Positions 25,052 through 30,729 of a stretch of DNA of 30,729 nt are shown in pieces. The DNA comes from a virus (Duplodnaviria; Caudoviricetes): the IMG/VR virus record IMGVR_UViG_3300032332_000236, positions 1 to 30,729 of that record; one strand, given 5' to 3'. Position 1 is the stretch's first letter. The number at the start of each line of letters is the position of its first letter. The notes beneath the pieces are model-generated. The model saw nothing but the letters and a program-made list of their open reading frames with translations. It did not search any database and was not told the origin of the DNA. The position numbers and the translations under genes were made by a program.

Positions 25052-25246
25052 TTATTCCCCTAATTTAATAATGCGGTAATCGTCAAAATCAAAATCTTCC
25101 ATAAAGCCGTCTGCGATAGCCTCCTCACAAATGACTATTTCCTCATTGAGCGCTTGAATAGCATCTTCCTCTGTTGCGTAGGTTTCCTCTACTCCATCAC
25201 AAAGCCAGATAGGCTCATCGTGGTACATCCTAATGACATAACTCAT
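25052..25246 (-). CDS. Hypothetical acidic early protein
   Basis: 64 aa; AAGGGGG RBS; ATGA overlap. Confidence 0.7.
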   Translation of the reverse strand: MSYVIRMYHDEPIWLCDGVEETYATEEDAIQALNEEIVICEEAIADGFMEDFDFDDYRIIKLGE

Positions 25247-25434
25247 AAAACCCCCTTATATTGAGAGCCATCCCAAACCTCTAAATTGTCGATAATTACC
25301 CCCTGAGTGCTACGCTTGGCCTCGCTCAATGCTCCCTCGGTACTTTTAGCGCCAATCATTATCCAGCCATAGCGCCCCTTATAACGATATGAAGTAAGTC
25401 CATGAGCTGCGCATGGTTTGTCCCAATGATTCAT
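25243..25434 (-). CDS. Hypothetical early protein
   Basis: SYRYKGRYGWIMIGA....AL.EAKRS......LEVWDG; GGAGG RBS. Confidence 0.7.
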   Translation of the reverse strand: MNHWDKPCAAHGLTSYRYKGRYGWIMIGAKSTEGALSEAKRSTQGVIIDNLEVWDGSQYKGVL

Positions 25435-25607
25435 AAATCCTCCCCAATCAGACGGCCTGTGTCTACTTTGTAATTGTGAGCCAGCTCATCTAATAGCCTA
25501 GATAGCTCAAACGAGACATCTATCACTTGTTTGACATCCAAAATATCGTGAATGCGCTGATATATGTATTGAGTTGATACGCTACTGTTACCAAATCCAT
25601 TATTCAT
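25431..25607 (-). CDS. Hypothetical early protein
   Basis: Start reassigned to ATG 25607 (AAGGGGA RBS); 58 aa. Confidence 0.65.
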   Translation of the reverse strand: MNNGFGNSSVSTQYIYQRIHDILDVKQVIDVSFELSRLLDELAHNYKVDTGRLIGEDL

Positions 25608-25630
25608 GTTAAATCCCCTTTTAAATGCGT

Positions 25631-25720
25631 TTAAATGTAATGTATAGCGGTTAGATACCAAATAAAGTATAAAATTCCGCCAAAAAGAATAGATAAAGCC
25701 AACGCCTGCCAATTCTTCAT
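25631..25720 (-). CDS. 29-aa single-TM peptide (not in ORF track)
   Basis: MKNWQALALSILFGGILYFIWYLTAIHYI; ATGA overlap with the upstream gene. Confidence 0.55.
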   Translation of the reverse strand: MKNWQALALSILFGGILYFIWYLTAIHYI

Positions 25721-25971
25721 GATGCTCTCACTACTGAATGAGAGAAGCAGAACACAAACCCGTTCTTTGTACCACCACAACGCATATCTTCTAAGTTCCA
25801 ATCTAGATTGTGTTCAGATACCATTGCCTTTACTGCTTTGAAGTGCCTTGCCTCATCATCTAAGCTATAGTCATAACTGATAGTAGTTGAGAAGCCTGTA
25901 TCAGTCCAAGCCTTGATTCTTGAACCTCTGCTATTAGTTGGTCCAATGTACTTTGTTTGAATAGCTACCAT
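25717..25971 (-). CDS. Hypothetical early protein, first gene of operon
   Basis: AIQTKYIGPTNSRGSRIKA motif, common in phage early proteins; AAGGGAG RBS. Confidence 0.75.
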   Translation of the reverse strand: MVAIQTKYIGPTNSRGSRIKAWTDTGFSTTISYDYSLDDEARHFKAVKAMVSEHNLDWNLEDMRCGGTKNGFVFCFSHSVVRAS

Positions 25972-26115
25972 GTTTAATTCTCCCTTTGTTTTACTGCGTT
26001 GATGTGTACTACATGATTGAATTGTAGCGTTGCACTACATATATGATATTAGGACAAACCCTTATATACCAATATATTTTGATTACTGTTGTTTTTATAC
26101 AAATTGTGATATATT
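25972..26115. promoter_or_regulatory. Divergent control region between the early operon and terS
   Basis: Leftward -10 TACAAT (26026-26021) overlapped by TGTAG-N7-CTACA; TAGG-N7-CTTA box at 26050-26064; TGTTGTTTTTATAC at 26087-26100; rightward extended -10 TGaTATATT at 26107-26115. Confidence 0.55.
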
Positions 26116-26189
26116 GCGTTCAATAGAATCAATGGCTTAGAGTTTAATTAAATCCTTAATTGCTGAAAGTTATAGAAAGCTAGTAAACC

Positions 26190-26597
26190 ATGACAAATTC
26201 GTCTGATATTGTGACCATAAATGAAGATGGAACAATACAAAAGCCCACAAAAAGACTTCCTCCCAATGCTGGAAAAGGTCGACCCGTTGGTGCTGTTAAT
26301 AAACACACAGCCATTGCAAAGGAAGCCATTGCCAAATTCGTAGATAAGAACTCTCCCCGTATGCAACATTGGTTGGAGGAAGTCGCAAGCGGCATTCCCA
26401 AGACTGATAAGGAAGGATGTATCAGATACGATAAGAATGGGGATATTGTTTGGATTGTCCCGCCCAATCCCGAGAAAGCCTTTCTCATGTTGCAGGCCGT
26501 AATGGAGTATCACTTACCCAAGCTCGCTAGAGTTGAGAGCGTTGGAGATGAGGCAGCCCCTCAGCGTATGGTAATTAGTTGGAAGCGCCCTGAATGA
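26190..26597 (+). CDS. terS: Terminase small subunit
   Basis: PPNAGKGRPVGAVNK motif, EYHLPKLAR, C-terminal VISW; overlaps the terL start. Confidence 0.75.
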   Translation: MTNSSDIVTINEDGTIQKPTKRLPPNAGKGRPVGAVNKHTAIAKEAIAKFVDKNSPRMQHWLEEVASGIPKTDKEGCIRYDKNGDIVWIVPPNPEKAFLMLQAVMEYHLPKLARVESVGDEAAPQRMVISWKRPE

Positions 26598-27940
26598 GCG
26601 AGGGATTATTAGAGGTAGAGCTGGACTATTGCCCCCGTCAAGTCTTTGAGGATTTCCACGATAGACAGGAAAGATGGAGCGTGATAGTAGCCCATAGGCG
26701 CTGTGGTAAGACTGTTCTATGTATTAATGACCTAATCTATAGAGCATTGATAGAGGATAAAGAGGATGGGCGGTATGCTTATGTCGCCCCTTATATGAGT
26801 CAGGCTAAGACCATTGCATTCGACTACTTGCTTAAATACTCCCGCCCTGTCATGGCTAAGTCTAACCAAGCGGAGCTATGGGTCGAGCTAATCAATGGAG
26901 CAAGGATACGGCTATTCGGTGCAGACAATCCAGACGCTTTACGGGGGCTATACCTTGATGGGGTTGTATTGGATGAATACGCTGATATGAAGCCTAGTAT
27001 CTTTGGGGCTGTCTTGAGACCGTTATTAGCAGACCGTAAGGGCTGGTGTACCTTTATCGGGACTCCTAAAGGCCACAATGCTTTCTGGGAGGTCTATAAC
27101 AATGCCACGCAAGATAAGAGCTGGTATGTCAAAGTCCTACGGGCTAGTCAGACGGGGCTACTAGACAAGGCGGAGCTAGATGACGCAGCCAAGACAATGA
27201 CTCAAGACCAATATTTACAAGAATTCGAGTGTGACTTTGAAAGTGCTATTCTCGGGGCTTACTATGGTAAAGAGATGAGGGCATTAACTGATGGGGGGCG
27301 TATTACCGAGATTGAATATGACCCCTTATTCCCTGTTCATACGGCATGGGACTTGGGGTATTCAGACGATACGGCTATATGGTGGTATCAAGTCGTTCAT
27401 GGGGAGATTCGTTTATTAGACTATCACTCCTCTAATGGTCAACCCGTTGCTTTCTATGCGGGGATTATCCAAGCTAGGGAAGAGGAGAGGGGCTATGTTT
27501 ACGGGACTCATTGGTTGCCCCATGACGCTAGGGCTAAGACCTTATCTTCTAATCGTTCTGTAATCGAACAACTAGGCGATAAGATACCCCTAAAAACAAT
27601 CAAAATAACCCCTAATTTAAAACTCCAAGACGGAATTCAGGCTAGTAGGTTAGCGCTTACTCGGGCATGGTTTGACCACAAATGTACTGACGGTATTGAG
27701 TGTCTAAGGCAATACCAAAGGGAATACGATGAGGATAAAAAGGTATTCAGAGATAAACCTCGCCATGATTGGACTTCTCATGGTGCTGATGCTTTTAGAT
27801 ACTTGGCTATTGTATGGAAAGACGAAGCAAAGATTGTTGACCCTGAAGCACCTATACGGGGGGTATTTGTCGGCAAAACTGAAGTAAGTCTCAATGACTT
27901 ATGGAAAGAGACTAAAGTAAAAACAAACAATCGGATATAA
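26594..27940 (+). CDS. terL: Terminase large subunit
   Basis: Walker A AHRRCGKT, Walker B VVLDE, GTPKG, nuclease motif WDLGYSD, SHGADAFRY. Confidence 0.95.
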   Translation: MSEGLLEVELDYCPRQVFEDFHDRQERWSVIVAHRRCGKTVLCINDLIYRALIEDKEDGRYAYVAPYMSQAKTIAFDYLLKYSRPVMAKSNQAELWVELINGARIRLFGADNPDALRGLYLDGVVLDEYADMKPSIFGAVLRPLLADRKGWCTFIGTPKGHNAFWEVYNNATQDKSWYVKVLRASQTGLLDKAELDDAAKTMTQDQYLQEFECDFESAILGAYYGKEMRALTDGGRITEIEYDPLFPVHTAWDLGYSDDTAIWWYQVVHGEIRLLDYHSSNGQPVAFYAGIIQAREEERGYVYGTHWLPHDARAKTLSSNRSVIEQLGDKIPLKTIKITPNLKLQDGIQASRLALTRAWFDHKCTDGIECLRQYQREYDEDKKVFRDKPRHDWTSHGADAFRYLAIVWKDEAKIVDPEAPIRGVFVGKTEVSLNDLWKETKVKTNNRI

Positions 27941-27993
27941 AAAAGGTAAAATGAGCAAACATTTCGCCAAATATTTAAACATTAAGGCAATTC

Positions 27994-30276
27994 ATGGCAA
28001 ACGATAAAGCTACAGTCAATCATACCTACGAAGATTGGTATAAAACCATTATGGGCTATGAGCGCTCATATAAACGATGGGAAGCCAGAGTTGACCGCAT
28101 AGTAAAGAAATACAAAGATGATAGCCGCTACGACAGAAACCCTAATGCAAGATTTAACATTCTCTGGAGCAATGTTCAGACTATACAGCCAGCTATCTTT
28201 GCAAGACTGCCTAGACCTGATGTTAGCCGTAGGTTTAGAGATAATGACCCAATAGGTCGAGTAGCTTCAATGATGCTTGAAAGGGCATTAGAGTTTGAGA
28301 TTGAACACTATGGTGACTATAAGTCAGCCATGAACAACGCAGTATTAGACCGTCTATTAGGTGGTCGTGGTGTAGCCTGGGTTCGTTATGAACCGCATAT
28401 CGTTGGCGAAACCGAAGATATGCCTGATGACGGTTTAGAAGTAACCGAGGATAGCGATGAGGCTGAAACTCCTGAAGCTACTGAAATTGAGAATCCAGAG
28501 CGTATTGAGTATGAGTGCTGTCCTGTTGATTATGTTCATTGGCGTGATTTTGGTCATACAATCGCAAGAACTTGGGAAGAAGTAACCGCAGTATGGCGTA
28601 GAGTCTATATGTCTCGCCCTGCCCTTGTTGAGCGCTTTGGCGAAGATTTAGGTTACAAAATCCCATTAGATACCAAACCAGACGACTTAAAGCAATCTTA
28701 TAAGTCTGATGACGGTGTATATGAGGCGGTGATATACGAAGTCTGGGACAAAGAAACAGGCAAAGTCTTGTGGATTTCTAAGTCACTTGGCAAGATTGTT
28801 GACGAAAGAGATGACCCACTAGGATTAGAAAACTTCTGGCCTTGTCCAAAGCCACTCTATGCGACTCTGACTACAGATTCCCTAGAACCAATCCCTGATT
28901 ACACCATTTACCAAGACCAAGCTAGAGAATTAGATGTTCTGTGCGACAGAATTGATGGCTTGATTAACGCCCTTAAAGTGCGTGGTGTATATGATGCCTC
29001 GGCTTCTGAACTACAACGCTTGTTTTCTGAAGGCGAAAACAACACCATGATTCCAGTAAGCAACTGGATGGCTTTTGCTGAAAAGCAAGGCATGAAAGGT
29101 GCTATTGATTTAGTCGACTTAACCCCATTTGCAAGCGCATTGATGTCTTGTTATCAAGCAATGGAGCAAGTTAAGGGGCAAATCTATGAATTAATGGGTA
29201 TTGCTGATATTCAGCGTGGTCAAACTGACCCTAGTGAGACTCTTGGTGCGCAAATCATTAAGTCAAACAACGCTGCTGGTCGTTTAAAGACTCAACAACA
29301 CGCAGTAGTAGATTTTGCAACATCTCTGTTGTCTATTAAAGCTCAGATTATTTGCAATCACTTTACTGATGACACGCTTGTTAAGATTTCTGGCGCAATG
29401 CAACTGTCTGACCAAGACAAACAGTACATTCCACAAGCTATTGCACTCCTAAGAGACGAAGCAGCCAAGAATTTCCGCATTGAAGTCACTTCTGACTCAA
29501 TGATTTATCAAGATGAACAACAAGAAAAGGCCGATAGAACCGCATTTTTAGCTGCTGTTGGTCAATTTGTGTCTATGGCGCTTCCAACTGCTCAAGCTGC
29601 ACCAGAAATGACTCCTATGTTGTTAGAAATGCTCAAGTTTGGCGTAACTGCGTTCAAAGCAGGTAAGCAATTAGAGGGAATCATTGACCAAACTGCTGAT
29701 GACATGAAAAAACAGTACGAAGCTACTAAAGGTCAGCCTAAACCGCCTCCTGTAGAGATGCAAAAAGCGCAGATGGACAATCAATCTAAGATGCAACAAA
29801 TTCAGATGCAAGCTCAGATTGAACAAGCTAAGTTACAGGGTCAAATGGAGCTTGAAAAGGCTAAACAAGAGTACCAGGCGCAAGAAAATCAACTTAAATT
29901 CCAACTTGAAGAACAACGAAATCAGCGTGACGCAGAGATGGAAATGATATTGTCTAAACAAAAGACAGAAACAGAAAATAATAAAGAAATCTTGCTTGCC
30001 TACCTTGATAACGCTACTAAGATTGAAGCTGCCCGTATTTCAGCAGGTCTTGATGATGGTTCAGAAGCCTATATTGAGAATGTTGAGCAAGCTAAAATAA
30101 TGCAAGACAACATGGGATATTCACAAATGGCTACTCATCCACTTAAACCAGCAATGGACAATATGCACCAATCAAATCAACAGCTTGCACAAATGCTTGC
30201 TATGTTGCTTGAAAAAATGCACCAGCCTAAAGAAATTGTCCGTGATGAAAACGGCAAAATTGTTGGAGTTAGATAA
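27994..30276 (+). CDS. Portal protein with long Q/E-rich C-terminal coiled coil
   Basis: 760 aa directly after terL; NILWSNV, GIADIQRG...ET motifs; helical barrel-like tail. Confidence 0.85.
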   Translation: MANDKATVNHTYEDWYKTIMGYERSYKRWEARVDRIVKKYKDDSRYDRNPNARFNILWSNVQTIQPAIFARLPRPDVSRRFRDNDPIGRVASMMLERALEFEIEHYGDYKSAMNNAVLDRLLGGRGVAWVRYEPHIVGETEDMPDDGLEVTEDSDEAETPEATEIENPERIEYECCPVDYVHWRDFGHTIARTWEEVTAVWRRVYMSRPALVERFGEDLGYKIPLDTKPDDLKQSYKSDDGVYEAVIYEVWDKETGKVLWISKSLGKIVDERDDPLGLENFWPCPKPLYATLTTDSLEPIPDYTIYQDQARELDVLCDRIDGLINALKVRGVYDASASELQRLFSEGENNTMIPVSNWMAFAEKQGMKGAIDLVDLTPFASALMSCYQAMEQVKGQIYELMGIADIQRGQTDPSETLGAQIIKSNNAAGRLKTQQHAVVDFATSLLSIKAQIICNHFTDDTLVKISGAMQLSDQDKQYIPQAIALLRDEAAKNFRIEVTSDSMIYQDEQQEKADRTAFLAAVGQFVSMALPTAQAAPEMTPMLLEMLKFGVTAFKAGKQLEGIIDQTADDMKKQYEATKGQPKPPPVEMQKAQMDNQSKMQQIQMQAQIEQAKLQGQMELEKAKQEYQAQENQLKFQLEEQRNQRDAEMEMILSKQKTETENNKEILLAYLDNATKIEAARISAGLDDGSEAYIENVEQAKIMQDNMGYSQMATHPLKPAMDNMHQSNQQLAQMLAMLLEKMHQPKEIVRDENGKIVGVR

Positions 30277-30729
30277 TGGCTATTACTGTAAAGCACACGA
30301 AGGTATCGTCAATACCTGACGGGGATGACACATCCGTAGTCCGCCCAAGTGATTGGAATGCTGACCATCAATTAACAGGCACTATTTCTGTTGAAAATGG
30401 TGGTACAGGCGCATCAACCTTAACTGGCTATGTTAAAGGTAGTGGTACTAGCAATATGACTGCTAGTTCTACTATTCCTAATACAGACATTACAGGTCTT
30501 GGTACAGCATCAACAAGAAACGCAGGTTCAGCTAATGGTGTAGCTACATTGGATTCAGGCGGTAAAGTGCCTGTTTCAGAACTCCCAGCCGCAGTATTGG
30601 GCGCACTAAGTTATCAAGGAACATGGAATGCCAGCACAAATACCCCTACTCTTACTTCGTCTGTTGGTACTAAGGGTTACTACTATGTTGTATCTGTTGC
30701 TGGTAGCACTAATCTTAACGGGATTACAG
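30276..30729 (+). CDS. Fibre-like structural protein, 3'-truncated (not in ORF track)
   Basis: TAATG-coupled to portal; MAITVKH...VRPSDWNADH..GGTGAST...NGVATLDSGGKVP...YQGTWNASTNTPTL; frame is open to the window end. Confidence 0.75.
   Translation, partial: MAITVKHTKVSSIPDGDDTSVVRPSDWNADHQLTGTISVENGGTGASTLTGYVKGSGTSNMTASSTIPNTDITGLGTASTRNAGSANGVATLDSGGKVPVSELPAAVLGALSYQGTWNASTNTPTLTSSVGTKGYYYVVSVAGSTNLNGIT

Noticed and set aside
26148-26513. Minus-strand ORFs (121 and 102 aa) over terS, and similar antisense ORFs such as 1700-1978, 3456-3758, 13186-13563 and 19074-19412
   Set aside because: Shadow frames of well-supported genes on the opposite strand, with no motifs or RBS.
1-30729. Stop-codon reassignment
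   Set aside because: Core genes (capsid, terL, portal, fibres) are uninterrupted in the standard code, and TAA, TGA and TAG all serve as stops.

Overview
The window is a large part of an AT-rich, podovirus-type tailed phage genome. It runs from inside the major capsid gene round to the portal gene, so only the portal-to-capsid segment is missing. Order: capsid, tail, ejection and fibre genes (1-12876, +); lysis cassette with 3-TM holin and GH108 endolysin (12878-14584, +); leftward recombination operon with Erf, SSB-like protein and PD-(D/E)XK exonuclease (14581-18109, -); Cro-like regulator; rightward replication/nin-like region (18220-21580, +); inverted metallophosphoesterase plus HExxH pair (21605-22908, -); Dps-like and small basic proteins (22956-24467, +); second leftward early operon ending in an XRE HTH gene (24537-25971, -); terS, terL, portal and a truncated fibre gene (26190-30729, +). 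I recognised no integrase, CI repressor, polymerase, primase, helicase, tRNA or CRISPR array. The most interesting signals are non-coding: (1) a promoter-led, five-hairpin, possibly pseudoknotted element of about 190 nt at 18510-18700, located where the origin-binding half of a lambdoid replication initiator would be, upstream of an initiator that has only its C-terminal domains; (2) a three-way-junction RNA/terminator whose loop UUUUCCCCUUU is complementary to the AAAGGGGAA ribosome-binding sites of early genes; (3) an adjacent pseudoknotted 86-nt RNA; (4) a repeated phage-specific promoter cassette. All family names come from motif recognition by eye, not from database searches.
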